Below the pieces are notes generated by a model that searched no databases, was not told where the DNA came from, and saw only the letters and a list, made by a program, of their open reading frames with translations. A stretch of 64,000 bases of DNA from Octopus sinensis (taxonomy: Eukaryota): assembly GCF_006345805.1 (NCBI RefSeq), contig NC_043001.1, positions 6,014,001 through 6,078,000 of the forward strand, written 5' to 3'. Of the stretch, positions 27,516 through 40,728 are shown in pieces. Both the position numbers and the translations under genes were made by a program. The stretch's first letter is position 1; the number at the start of each line of letters is the position of its first letter.

Positions 27516-28019
27516 CGTATATATTTATATATATATGCATACATACATATACATACACATAAACACACAGAGAGACAGACACACACATATGTATATATAT
27601 ATATATGTATGTATATATACAGACACACAAATACGTCATTGTACGAATTCGTATGTATGTATATTGCTTTAAAAATATGAAACAAATATATTTAATCTAT
27701 GAAATATATTTAACAAAACCATTTCATGGGTTACATATGATATTTTCAGTATTAAAAGATAAAACAAATATTTTGCCTTTGTATCATTCTTCATTTCATT
27801 ACAAATGGGAATTAAAAAAACAAAAACAAAAAAAAACCCAGTTCTTCGATATATAGACAAAACTATTCATCTTCTTTCTTAGAGCATAAAATTATAAAAC
27901 AACATTACACAAAGTTCTTCGTGTTTGTTTCACTTGCGTTGTAATATTATATTACTTTGGAATCCAAACGGAAACAGCATTTATCTTGAATAGGTATTAG
28001 GAAATACACATTTGTACAT

Positions 28020-28081
28020 ATATTATATACATATATATATGCGTTTAGGTATATATGTAATATATATATATATATAATATA

Positions 28082-28122
<41 letters not shown>

Positions 28123-28250
28123 GTATATGTGTGTGTGCCTATGTGTGTATGTTTATATGTATATATTTATATATTATATATAACATATATATGCATATAT
28201 ATTAATGTTATATATATATACATAATATATGTATATATATATATATTAGG

Positions 28251-28287
<37 letters not shown>

Positions 28288-28500
28288 TATATATATATGT
28301 ATATATATTTATATATATATATATATAGGTTATATATATATATATGTATATATGAATATATATACATATATATATATGTAGGTACATATATTATAATATT
28401 ATATATAATATATATATCTATATATATATATATATCTATATATATATATATATGTATATCACATTGTATTATAGTATACATTTATAGGTAGAGATAGAGA
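28020..28500. repeat. Long imperfect (TA)n microsatellite field
   Basis: Directly visible. Confidence 0.95.
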
Positions 28501-29035
28501 GATAGAGAGATACGTCTATGTATAGGGGTGAATATGTTAGTTTTTGAATACAATAATTTTCTGGAGATCTCTTTTATTTCAGTTTAATAACAAAAGTTAC
28601 TTCTAATATAATTCTCTCACTTAGACGTATGTATGTTTCCTTTTGTACATGTTCAGTTGCTATATTTCAATGTTTTTCTTTCAGTGAAAACTTTGTAATA
28701 TTGTAACTATTTAAAAATACAAATATTTCGCTGCTTCCCTATCTTCTTAATATTGACAAATTAATACATGTTTAATACATATTTAACTCTAGGTGTGTTT
28801 GTGTATGTGTGTTTATCTATGGACATTTTTATTTCAACAGAGTGTTTATCTCGACACTCGAGTTTGACGTCACAGCCAACTTGAGACAAGAACATCTACA
28901 AACTAGTAGAGTGCTCCATTTATATTCATTTCCCTGGCATTTGTTTTTTTTTCTATTCGTTCATTTTCTATTCCTACATTCGTCATTGTATTTTCTAGTT
29001 CATTTGTCAGATTTGTTTTTTTATATGTATATATA

Positions 29036-29424
29036 GGCGCAGGTGTGGCTGTGTGGTACGTAGCTTGCAAACCAGCCACGTACTTCCGTGTTCAGTTCCA
29101 GGAAAATGATTTCTACTATAGCCAATGGCCAACCAAATCCTTGTGAGTAGATTTGGTAGAGGGAAACTAAAAGAAGCCCGTCGTGTATATATATATATAT
29201 ATATATATGTATAATATATGTACCTATGTATGTGTATATGTTTGTGTGTCTGTGTCCCCAACATTGCTTGACAACCGATGCGTGTGTGTTTACGTTCACG
29301 TAACTTAGCGGTTTGGCAAACACCGATGGAATAAGTACTAGGCTTACAAAGAACAAGTCCTGGGATTGATTTCCTCGACTAAAAGTTGTGCTCCAGCATA
29401 GCCGCAGTCAAAACAAGTAAAAGA
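29036..29424 (+). mobile_element. SINE family S1
   Basis: Full S1 head, internal TA tract and tail. Confidence 0.88.
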
Positions 29425-29471
29425 ATAGAGGAATATATGTATGTATACACACACATACACACACACACATG

Positions 29472-29519
<48 letters not shown>

Positions 29520-29587
29520 CACAGAGACATACACACATGCATTCGAACTTACATACACACCCATACACACACGCACGCATACATATA

Positions 29588-29938
29588 TTCTTTTACTTGT
29601 TTAGCCATTTCCGTGTGTCCATGCCGCAGCATCGACCCCAGGATTTATACTTTGTAAGCTTTGCCCGTAGTCTAAGATACGGGGACATAAACAAACCAAC
29701 ATTGTCGGTATGGGAGGGACATAAATACAGTAACAAACACATACACAAACACATAATTATATACATAAATAATTATGACGGGCTTCTTTTAGTTTCCCCT
29801 CTACTAAACATACTCACAAGGCCTTGGTCAGCCGGTGGATATAGTAGAATACGCATGAGCTAGTTGCCACGAGGTCGGGCTGAACCCGGAACCGTGTGGT
29901 TGGGAATCAAGTTTCTTGCCACACAGACGACTGCGTCT
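29588..29938 (-). mobile_element. SINE family S1 (degenerate)
   Basis: Reverse S1 motifs (TTTTACTTGTTT, ACTCACAAGGCCTTGGTC, TGAACCCGGAACCGTGTGGTTGG). Confidence 0.75.
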
Positions 29939-30220
29939 TACTAATCCACTCCTGTTTCAGTCATTAGAGACCAACCATACTGGAGCAAGACTTTGAAGAA
30001 ATTTTCGTCGACGCCATCGTCCAGAAAACATATTTTCAGAGCCTAGTACTTATTTTATCGGATCGGCTACATACACAGTACTGATCTTTTACGTGGACTG
30101 AAATTCACCAGTACCTTTTCCGAAATAGGTGTGTCATACAAACACAAACACAGACACACGTACGCACATATGTACATATGTACATATACATGAATTGTGT
30201 ATATATATTTATAGCTTATA

Positions 30221-30604
30221 GTCGCAGGAGTGGGTGTGTGGTAAGTAGCTTGCTTACCAACCACATGGTTCCGGGTTCAGTCCCAGTGCGTGGCATCTTG
30301 GGCAAGCGTCTTCTGCTATAGCCTCGGGCCGACCAATGCCTTGTGAGTGGATTTGGTAGACGGAAACTGAAAGGAGCCTGTCGTATATATATATGTGTAT
30401 GTGTGTGTTTGTCGCCCCACCATCGCTTGATAACTGATGCTAGTGTGTTTATGTCCCCGTCATTTAGCAGTTCGGCAAAAAGAGACCGATAGAATAAGTA
30501 CTAGGCTTACAAAGAATAAGTCCCGGGGTCGATTTGATCGACTAAAGGTGGTGCTCCAGCATGGCCGCAGTCAAATGACTGAAACAAGTAAAAGAGTAAA
30601 AGAG
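30221..30604 (+). mobile_element. SINE family S1
   Basis: Full S1 structure; tail runs into (TA)n and the A2 element. Confidence 0.9.
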
Positions 30605-30622
30605 TATATATATATATATATA

Positions 30623-31022
30623 TAAAATATTATTAGAGACAAAACCACTATTTGCAAACAAACAAGGAAAGACTTATCAATACATAAAATTTTAATAAAT
30701 AGTCAAAAAAACCGCCACTACAATCGTTCTTGTCTTGATCGACAATCTTCAGGTGGACTTCCAATAATTCAGTGTCAAATTATAATTTGACACTGAATTA
30801 TTGGAAGTCCACCTGAAGATTGTCGATCAAGACAAGAAACGATTGTAGTGGCTTTTTTTGACTATTTATTAAAATTTTATGTATTGATTAAGTCTTCCTT
30901 GTTTGTTTTGCAAAATAGTGGTTTTGTCCTCTAATAATATTTTATAATATTTTACTATAAAATCGATTTAATCCTAAATCTGATTTTTTTCCATGTAAAT
31001 TTGGATTTATTCCCTAATATTT
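30623..31022 (+). mobile_element. Family A HHR element with 5' fold-back (copy A2)
   Basis: Inverted repeat 30623-30782 / 30783-30944 with no spacer (TCAAATTA/TAATTTGA); plus arm continues to CCCTAATATTT at about 31022; (TA)n flanks. Confidence 0.85.
30809..30851 (+). ncRNA. Minimal type-I hammerhead ribozyme (family A); mirror copy at 30715-30756 (-)
   Basis: CCAC-CTGAAGA-TTGTC(GATCAA)GACAA-GAAA-C(GATT)G-TA-GTGG; mirror copy lacks one A of GAAA. Confidence 0.85.
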
Positions 31023-31052
31023 AATTATATATATATATATATATATAATATA

Positions 31053-31106
<54 letters not shown>

Positions 31107-31416
31107 ATATATATATAACTAACTATATATACGGGCTAGAGAAAATTATTTCTATGCCAATTTGCTGATAACAGACTTTTAAATCGTCAATTTCCACATA
31201 TTATTTACTCACTAGAGAACATAGGAAAAGATATAAGTAAGATACGTACATGCGCCCATGGAAAAAAGCCGAATCAAAAAATCATGAGTACAAATAAGTA
31301 CCCCAGATATATCTAAAAATAAAATCCTTTGGTCAGCCTCAGCACACGTGTGAACTTTCCCCACTACAGCTTATAGTGGTTACCAGTCCCTATAGCGGAG
31401 GTAGTAATATTAGTAG

Positions 31417-31450
<34 letters not shown>

Positions 31451-31670
31451 ATATATATTATATGTGTGTGTGTGTGTATGTATGTATATATGTTCATGCA
31501 TTTATGGATGTTTATCTATTTGTGTTGCAGGATTCTTCATAGAAGAACAGAAAACAGATTGGGGTAAGTGGAGAGAGTACTCACGAAAGAACAAATATAT
31601 GGTGCTTGTGTTTTTTTGCAAAGAAAAATAAACATGAACGTCCTGAAATAAAAAAAAAATACATACATAC

Positions 31671-31705
<35 letters not shown>

Positions 31706-31706
<1 letters not shown>

Positions 31707-31915
31707 AAAATTAATATGTGACAATTATTCGGTAGCCATGATAAAACTCCCAGCTTCGGATATCGGGGCGGAAACCCACGCCGCCATCTCTTCAGTTATC
31801 CGCCCATTTTTTCGATGGTCGGGTAACTGAAGAGATGGCGACGTGGGTTTCCGTCCCGACATCCGAAACTCGGACTTTATCGTGGCTACCGAATAATTGT
31901 CACATATTAATTTTA
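31706..31915. mobile_element. Family G diverged fold-back element with degenerate HHR in each arm
   Basis: About 103-bp arms, about 9 differences, 7-nt loop; right arm GGTAA-CTGAAGA-GATG...CATCC-GAAA-CTCGGAC-TTTATC at 31822-31881. Confidence 0.55.
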
Positions 31916-32480
31916 CAGATAAATTCCTCTATTTACATAATATCGAGATCTCTTTCATTCTTTTGTTGTCTTACCATTTCTATCAATATATATATATTGA
32001 TAGAAATGATAAGACAACAAAGAAAGGAAAATCATGTAAATAATGTTAAATAAAGTAATTTTTAATATTGTGATGGAGGTGCTCACGAACCAAACCCATA
32101 CAAAATATGATATTGTTTTTCATGTGTTTTATGTTGATCATTCTGCATTCCTTTTTACTGCTGTCTAGTAGAAAAATTATTTCCCAGAGAAGCAGGATTA
32201 ATACCAACTGGTAATATTTATCGACACTTAAACAAGCGTGCCCTGAAGTCCGTAATAGTAATTATCGCAGAATTTTGTCTTCTAACACAGCATACCCTTT
32301 CAAATGGGGATCAATCTTACCTTATAATTCCGCACAATTTTTTTTTCGAATGTTTCTTAAAGACATTGAATGTTTCTGAAATTTGCTTTAGTATATTTGT
32401 GCATTGCTGTTCGAAATCGTCATATTGCAAACCATTCATAATCAACGTCACTAAAATATTTGTATTAATCCATTGTTTGG

Positions 32481-32855
32481 TTATAGAATGACATCAATAC
32501 CACCCAGTTCTAAACGTTTTTTTTCTTTTAAAGACGTGACTTCTCCATCGTGATTTGGACTGCTATTATAACGCCTGTGCAAAGATTCTTCTCTGCCAGA
32601 ATAAACAGTTTGGTTATATTGTTTATCCTGTTTGTTTGGAAATGTACCAGAATAATTTACATAAGAGAATAATTTGACATTTGGTTGAAATGTTTTTGAA
32701 GAATGTGTAAATTGTATTTTTTGGTAATAAAATATAACCAGTTCGTATACCTAAAAAAATGCATATGAGTGTATTTCAATTAATGCACAAACTTATAAAT
32801 ATATGCGCGCACACACCGAATGTGCACAATATCATATGCTTCTCACAAGTGAGAG

Positions 32856-32929
<74 letters not shown>

Positions 32930-33600
32930 GTAGTCTCATTCGACCAAAACAATAGTACGGAATACACTTAAATATTTTTATATAATTACATCAAAATTTA
33001 AACCTGAATTTCGCATATATCCTGTGAAATTTCTGATAAGATTAGAAGAGATCTACGCTCCTCTAGGCTTAAGGGTCCAAATGTGTATCCCTACTTGATA
33101 ATATTAATTATCTGTGGGTATGCAGTGTGAGCACCATGGGTATGATATCATCCGCATACGAGATATAATAGAGTTGTCGTTTTTGAGAAATTTTTATGGT
33201 ATGATAACTGCAAAATGTCTTTACACTCGCTTAGAATTTATGATCGAAAAAATACTCGAATATCACTTATATATATCTGTATTAGAAAGAAATGATACAT
33301 ATAAGTAGCAAAATGATTGATTGGTGAAATCATGACTGACGAAAGGTAGTCGGTAGAGAGATACAAACCATTCAAATTGTGAAGAATATGTTTTCAATTT
33401 TATGTAAATATACGAAGTTAAGAAAAGCAGTGTCAGCGAAAAATGTGTGGATACACACAGAACTAGTATAGGGAAATATATAACTGATTGTAACTGGATT
33501 TACTATGTATGGACACATTAAGCAAAGCATGCAATATGTTGTTTATGCATGAAGATGTTGATGATATTATTGAAAGTAGATCTGATTTAAAACTTATGAA
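32481..33600 (-). pseudogene. Tentative class-A GPCR pseudogene
   Basis: Minus strand: CINNILHALL...YNQLYISL (TM1-2), FADTAFL, SSIFSII...V*RHFAVIIP*KF with W at R+28 (TM3-TM4), NTIYT/SSKTFQPNVKLF (TM7-helix 8), 75-codon open tail; stops, frameshifts, (TC)n insertion. Confidence 0.35.
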
Positions 33601-34915
33601 AAGATACATTAACTATAATCTAAAATCGTTTCTACTTTGTAATGTTCCAAAGGAAAGACTAATTGTTTCACTTGCAAACTATTAAAGTCCAAATAAATAT
33701 TAGTCAACAACGAGAGAGACGCAGCTGGGAAAAACTACATAATTACTCTTCCGTCTTATACATCTTCCACTTGTAACCACTTAAAATAGATTTAAAATGA
33801 AAATAATCACATTAATATCTTCTATAGTCCTGAATATGACAGATGTTACATCATTTACTACAAACGTCTCAAGTAGCATTATGAATTACATGGAAAATGG
33901 AGAAGAATTGATTTATATATAACAAAAAAAAATATTCACAAATTATCAAATTGAATATATTGATCGAGTTTGACATATTTGGCGACAAAAAACGGAAGCA
34001 AACACAGAAACGGATGAATCAGAATCACTTGAATGTTCTTTAATAATGTTAGTTCCGACAGAAGACGTTTTGATTGAGGAGCTGAGACTAAAGTCTTATT
34101 TTCCTATTTCGAACGCTCCGTCTGCTGCACTTCAATAAGTTTCGATGATCTGTGAACATTAAAGTTTTATTAAACTGGACAGTGAAACACCAGGAGATAA
34201 ACATCACGGTAGAAAAATGCCTACGGACTACAGTTCTTCTTTAGGCAAAACTTTATTTTGAAAAAAAAATACAACGTAAATTGAAATAAACAAACGCAAT
34301 TATAATATAAGATGTTCCACGGTATTTATGAGAAGAAGAGTAGATATAAAGTGTAGTTGGTTTAATTATAACCGTAACTGAAGCGCATAACAATCTAGAC
34401 ACCCATCTGTTGAAAAATGTTACAATCTGATGACAGACAGATTTAACATAGTTCTTGATACTTATTATCAGAATTTTCATATTTAGAATGTCCTCGTGGG
34501 ACGACGAAACGTTGTCTCAAAATATGCGCCATTCTCAAAGGTGCGTTTTATTTGAATCTGTCGAAAATGTAGAAAGTTTTTTTTTCTAAATATTGATTCT
34601 TTTCGGCAGAGCATCGGGACAATGTTTGCTATTAGAAAAGAAAACTAGTTAATGGAATCGACCAAATTCAATTATTCGTTTACATGATATTGACTCCTGG
34701 GAATGAAAAGCAATGTGATTTGAACTCAAAGTGACTAATGTATTAAGTAAAAACGATACCAATTACGACGAAGCACCACTTTGCTATTTCGTACAACTGA
34801 CGTGTTGTAGAGGATGCTGTAGAGGGAAGGGAATTAATTAGATTATATCGATTTAATCATAGAAGCAAGGCTTCAGATTTTTGGTGTAGTGGATAGTCAA
34901 TATTGAACTCAATTT

Positions 34916-35420
34916 GATGGCGAACTGGCAGACACCATTAGCACGCCGGGCGAAATGCGTACCCGTATTTCGCCTGGCATTACGTTCTGAGTTCAAATTC
35001 CGCCAAGGTCGACTTGGCTTTTCATCGTTTCGGGGTCGATAAATTAAGTACCAGTTATGCACTGGGGTCGATATAATCGACCTAAACCATTTCTCTGTCC
35101 TTGTTTGTCCTCTTTGTGTTTATCCCCTTGTGGGTAGTAAAGAGGTAGGTATTCTGTTTGCCTTTACGTTCTGAGTTCAAATTCCGCTGAAGTCGACATT
35201 GCCTTTCATCCTTCGGCGTCGATTAAATAAGTACCAGTTACGCACTGGGGTCAATATAATCGACTTAATCCATTTGTCTGTCCTTGTTTGTCCTCTCTGT
35301 GTTTATCCCAATGTGGTTAGTAAAGAAGTAGGTAATATGTTTGTCTTTAAGTTCTGAGCCGAGGTGTGTGGCTAAATTAAGCACCAGTTGTGTACAGGGG
35401 TCACTCTAATGGACTGAATC
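34916..35420 (+). mobile_element. tRNA-derived SINE family S3 with tandem 184-bp body units
   Basis: Head TGGCAGACACCATTAGCACGCCGGGC, B-box-like GAGTTCAAATTCC; TACGTTCTGAG recurs at 34981, 35165 and 35348. Confidence 0.85.
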
Positions 35421-38167
35421 CCTCCCCCCAAAATTTCGGGTCTTGCTGTGGAGAAGTTTAGTAGTTGGCTATTAATTATATTACAGATCCCAGAAAGAGG
35501 CTTGGCAAACTCAAATGCGACAGGATTTGAACGTAAAATGTTTATTACGCAGAAAATTTATTCTCTTGACTTTACCAATGTACCATATTTATCAACTACT
35601 ACTCTAATAATATCCTAATCAGTGTCAGGCATTCAAACGTTCCTTTGCAAACAATGAATACGTATTCTTCAAATTGATGCAGGGAAATAATCAGTATATA
35701 TTTAGCAATCAGCAGAGGAATTAAGGAAAGATTTTGTATACAGGTTTGTGTTTGTAAAGAGAAAACAACGTCTCTGTAATTAAAGCCAATAAGACTCAAA
35801 ACCCAAAACATTCGTAAGAAGAGACAACTATTTTATATATTTTAGCAGTCATTTTATATCTGATATTTAGGTGTTTTATCTTCATATAAAATTAATTCAT
35901 TTCTCTCTAAATCTTATTTCAAACGTTTCACTTAAAAACAAACGTGTATAGACACACGCACAAAATTCGACAATTAATATGTCAACGGTAATTAATCATT
36001 ACTTTAAATATATCTAATGTTTTTGTTTGTTTTCTTGTTTTTCTATGTTTATTGTGAATATAATTCTCTATGGATTTTAAATTGCAATAAAACATTGTAC
36101 ATCAGTTACACTGATGTTGGTTTCAAAAATAGTTCCATCAAATTGACTGGAATTCACCTCTCAGTAGACGAAATCTAATTGTTTTGTTTTAAAAATTTAC
36201 AATTTAATGCCGATTTTATTGAAATAATAGAATGAAGTATTGTATATTGTATTTAAACAATTTATATTCAATGTTCTAATGTTCAAAACGTGACTTAACA
36301 ATCTATACAGATCTATTCAGTAATGAAATCCTATTGTTTAAAATATGAGCTTACTGTAGTTATTTACAGCATCAAATTTTACATTTTAAAGAAATCTTTT
36401 GAGGAATAGAAGCTGTGCCATTTAGCAATCTCACTTATTAACGGAAACTGAATATAAAACAATGGGAAAGTTTTATCACTGGAATGAATTTTCTAAGAAA
36501 AACAGCACACTACTTTTATTTGTGAAATGACAAAGTTTTGTGTATATATCTTTCCAATCAACCATTCATAATTATTGTGGAACTGGTTTCGTTTGTCTTT
36601 TATTAGAAACCCAAGATTTGGTAAAAATAAACTGAAGTCCGATAAAACACATCAAGAATATTCGGTTTCTTTCACGGGCAGAAATACAAGAATTTGCTTG
36701 AGTTTTCCTGTTGGAGGGTGGCTTCTTTTTCACCTGTTCCCAATAATGTTATTTGGTCGTGGATATCACCTGAACATGATTAATCGATATTAAATATCAT
36801 TTTAATTGACCACAGGAAATTTACATGATATTTCTTGTGATTATTTCGAAGCACAGAAAACGGAACAAAATGTTGGTTAGAACATTTGCAATGTTGTTGC
36901 AACTTTAAACTTACATCTCTCAGATTAAATAGTTTTACACTAAACTCAAAGACATGCCACAAAATTAATTGGCAGGAATTCAAGGGTCGCTGCCACCGTG
37001 ACTCTCTTTACAGTTCTCTATTAACTTTAAGTGATACCAACCCTATCAATTATAAATAAACTCGCCAAAATATATATTTGACTAAACAAGTTGGGAATAA
37101 TATGCCAGTAAAATAAATATGATACCTTACCGTGCGAGATTTAATTTATTTTCATTTATTTTAACTAGAATAGACTTAATCCTGTGGAGGTCATCGGAGT
37201 TGGGCATTTGTAGTAAATATTCCTTGTGAGCTATTTCAGTTTCAAGAGTAGAGTTCAGCTGTTCCATAGCTATAATTTTAGTTGTCATAAATGAAGTTTA
37301 CTTTTCCTATTTAGAAATTTTAGCTGGTTATAATTGGCAGCAGATTTGAGAGACTCCATTTGTGGTGCGTGATGGTTTTATACAGCGTTTGTTTAATAGT
37401 TTGTAACGTTCCTGGTTTGGAGCTGAAGTGATTCGTAGTTTTCTGAAATCTAGTCTGTAATCTGCGTGGGGACTTGTATATTGAAGAGGAAACACAACCA
37501 GATAATGTTCCGTTCTTTTTTCTGTGGTTTTGTTATTTAATAAACGCAATATTTTTTTCTAAACGATGTTAATAACAGCTTCATTATATAGAGATTAAGA
37601 GTGTGTTATACATACGTTCTTTATCTGGAGTTCAATTATATTGTGGGGAGGACTGAGTTATCTATATAAACACTGACATTTTCCGCATTCACTTTATAAA
37701 TCAAAAGTAACGTTAAGTTTTTTGGGTGATTTATGATGTGTGTGCTTTATGGAGAAGCGTAAGTTTTTAAAGAAGTATTGTGGTTTTCGCCTTGATATGT
37801 CGATTTATTCCGTGTGGTACTGTTTTTGAATAAGGAAACAGTCGTCTCTGCGAAGGCCCTCCGCAGTGAACAGAAATTTAATGTGTAACTGTTACAATGC
37901 AGACCCCCGTCCACTTGTATGTTATTTTTGCCACTGTAATATTCTGGTCGCCACTGTTATATAACATGTAACTGACAGCGTCTCCAATAGGAGAGAGATC
38001 GTCCAACGACTCTCCAACAACTCACTCTCTACAACGACTGATTGTCTGACTTTATAGTGGTTGGTTCATACCATTTGTCACGTGGAAAGCGAGTACAATT
38101 TTGACTACAGCACACAATCACACATGCACACGCGTCCACACTCACGCAGGCACACACACAGACACAG

Positions 38168-38205
<38 letters not shown>

Positions 38206-38527
38206 GCGCAAACACAAAAACACACACTACAAACGTGCCTACAACGTATTTCAGAATTATAACTGTGATGAATTCCATTATGGATTCCAGGATTCAGACA
38301 ATAATGAAATATCTTCATTTCTTGGTTGTGTCAGACATGCTAATATATCATTCCTTATATTTTAAATGGTGTTGAATTTTTAAGGGATAAAGAAACTTAC
38401 ATGAAATGAAGACATGTGAAAGCAGATAATCTTTCGTTAAAACAAACACATGCGTATTTACATGAATGAAAAACACTTTCATATATGTATAATTATATAC
38501 ATATGTGTTTATTTTAGAATATATATT

Positions 38528-38574
<47 letters not shown>

Positions 38575-38582
38575 AATATAGT

Positions 38583-39179
38583 AATAATTTTTTTTATTTT
38601 TCGAAAAAGATATTTTATCAATGACCAGCATATTAAAAATACCTTTAAAGGTTAAATTTATATAATTCATAAATAAGGGCAAACGAAAAGATTTCTAATG
38701 CCAACTATGCCGAGAAATTGGACATATTGTCCATTAACCATATAATGTTTTCACAATATGCACGCTACTCGAAAAAAGGTCGACAAAAATTTCTAAAAAA
38801 TTCCATTATTACCATATAGGACCGATTTCAGGATTATCTTATAACAGCCCTCCCTTCGTCAGTGATACATGTGTTAAAAGAAGTAAATGTGATACTTAAT
38901 CATACCCATGGAAGAAACAAACACTAAGTCATGAGCACAATTAAGTACCCCAAATGCATCCGAAATAGAAATACTCCAGCCCATTCAAGATACGTGCGAT
39001 TTGAACTGAGGCCTTCACAGAGTGAAAGATTTCGGAAATGTAGGATAACTTTTTTTTTCCTTTTCGAAAAAAAAAATTATCAATGTCCAGCATATGAAAA
39101 ATACCTTTAAAGGTAAATTTACATAATTTTTCGGCATATTTGGCGTTAGAAAGTTTTTCGTTTGCCCTTATTTATGAAT

Positions 39180-39182
<3 letters not shown>
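38583..39182 (-). mobile_element. Family I HHR element: partial tandem unit (about 463 nt) plus 5' inverted segment
   Basis: Direct repeat 38598-38667 / 39061-39128; 39125-39182 is the reverse complement of 38662-38719; HHR-like motif at 38813-38871 (-) CTGACGA-AGGG...TCCT-GAAA-TCGG-TC with damaged stem I; (TA)n flanks. Confidence 0.65.
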
Positions 39183-39231
<49 letters not shown>

Positions 39232-39263
39232 TAATATATATATATATATATATATATATAACA

Positions 39264-39869
39264 TATTGGTGAATTGAAGAAATGGAGCTGAACGCAGATT
39301 GAACAGAAATCGTTTTATTTCATTCTACACGTGTTCGAAAGGCACAAATTACCAAAATCGATTGAATAATGGGACCTTGTGTCTTTCTCTTCAGGAAGAA
39401 AAAAGGAAATCCGTTGGAAAAACAAAAACAGAACAGAGGCGGAGCAAAAAAACAATCGAACTGTGCTCCTAAGAGCCCATGGCGAAACTGTTTATCAGGC
39501 TCTTAGGAGCACAGTTCGATTTGTTTTTTGCTCCGCCTCTGTTCTGTTTTTGTTTTTCCAACGGATTTCCTTTTTTCTTCCTGAAGAGAAAGACACAATA
39601 TGGTCCCATTATTCAATCGGATTTTGGTAATTTGTGCCTTTCGAAACACGTGTAGAATGAAATAAAACGATTTCTGTTCAATCTGCGTTCAGCTCCATTT
39701 CTTCAATTCACCAATAATGTTTTAAATTCAATTATCCGCACCAACGCACGGTTGCAACGCCAGATGGTTGTACCTCCAACCGTTGTGTTTACTGCTGTGT
39801 TTTTGCTACTAAGGTATCGGTTAAACTGTTGATTAATCCACTACAAGATTATTCATCTCTATTTCACAT
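39264..39869 (+). mobile_element. Family D HHR element with 5' fold-back (copy D2)
   Basis: About 214-bp arms 39264-39477 / 39498-39716, 20-nt loop; plus arm continues to 39869; (TA)n flanks. Confidence 0.88.
39573..39662 (+). ncRNA. Minimal type-I hammerhead ribozyme (family D); mirror copy at 39318-39402 (-)
   Basis: TTTCTTC-CTGAAGA-GAAAG.CACAA...TTGTG.CTTTC-GAAA-C(ACGT)G-TA-GAATGAAA; perfect palindrome ACACGTGT. Confidence 0.87.
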
Positions 39870-39878
39870 AATATATAT

Positions 39879-39934
<56 letters not shown>

Positions 39935-40013
39935 TATATATATGTATGTATATATATATATATATATATGTTTTTCATGTATGTATATATATATGTAGTA
40001 TATATTATGTATG

Positions 40014-40049
<36 letters not shown>

Positions 40050-40222
40050 TTTCATGTATGTAATATTATGTATGTATGTATATATATATTGTATGTATGT
40101 ATGTATATATATAGTATGTATATATGTATATATATATGTATGTATATATGTATATATATGTATATATGTATGTATATATATATACATGTATATATATGTG
40201 TGTATGTGTGCGTGCGTGTGTT

Positions 40223-40327
<105 letters not shown>

Positions 40328-40346
40328 CGTATATGCATATGCATGT

Positions 40347-40728
40347 GGAGGCGCAATGGCCCAGTGGTTAGGGCAGCGGACTCGCGTTCATAGGATCGCG
40401 GTTTCGATTCCCAGACCGGGCATTGTGAGTGTTTATTGAGCGAAAACACCTAAAAGCTCCACGATGCTCCGGCAGGGGATGGTGGTGATCCCTGCTGTAC
40501 TCTTTTACCACAACTTTCTCTCACTCTTACTTCCTGTTTCTGTTGTACCTGTATTTCAAAGGGCAGGCCTTGTCACTCTCTGTGTCACGCTGAATATCCC
40601 CGAGAACTACGTTAAGGGTACACGTGTCTGTGGAGTGCTCAGCCACTTACACGTTAATTTCACGAGCAGGCTGTTCCGTTGATTCGGATCAACCGGAACC
40701 CTCGTCGTCGTAACCGACAGAGTGCTTC
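40347..40728 (+). mobile_element. tRNA-derived SINE family S2
   Basis: A-box-like TGGCCCAGTGG, B-box-like GGTTTCGATTCC, followed by a non-tRNA body shared with 22985-23345. Confidence 0.88.

Noticed and set aside
40347-40425. tRNA-like sequence
   Set aside because: Has A/B boxes but no complete cloverleaf and continues into a repeated SINE body; it is a SINE head
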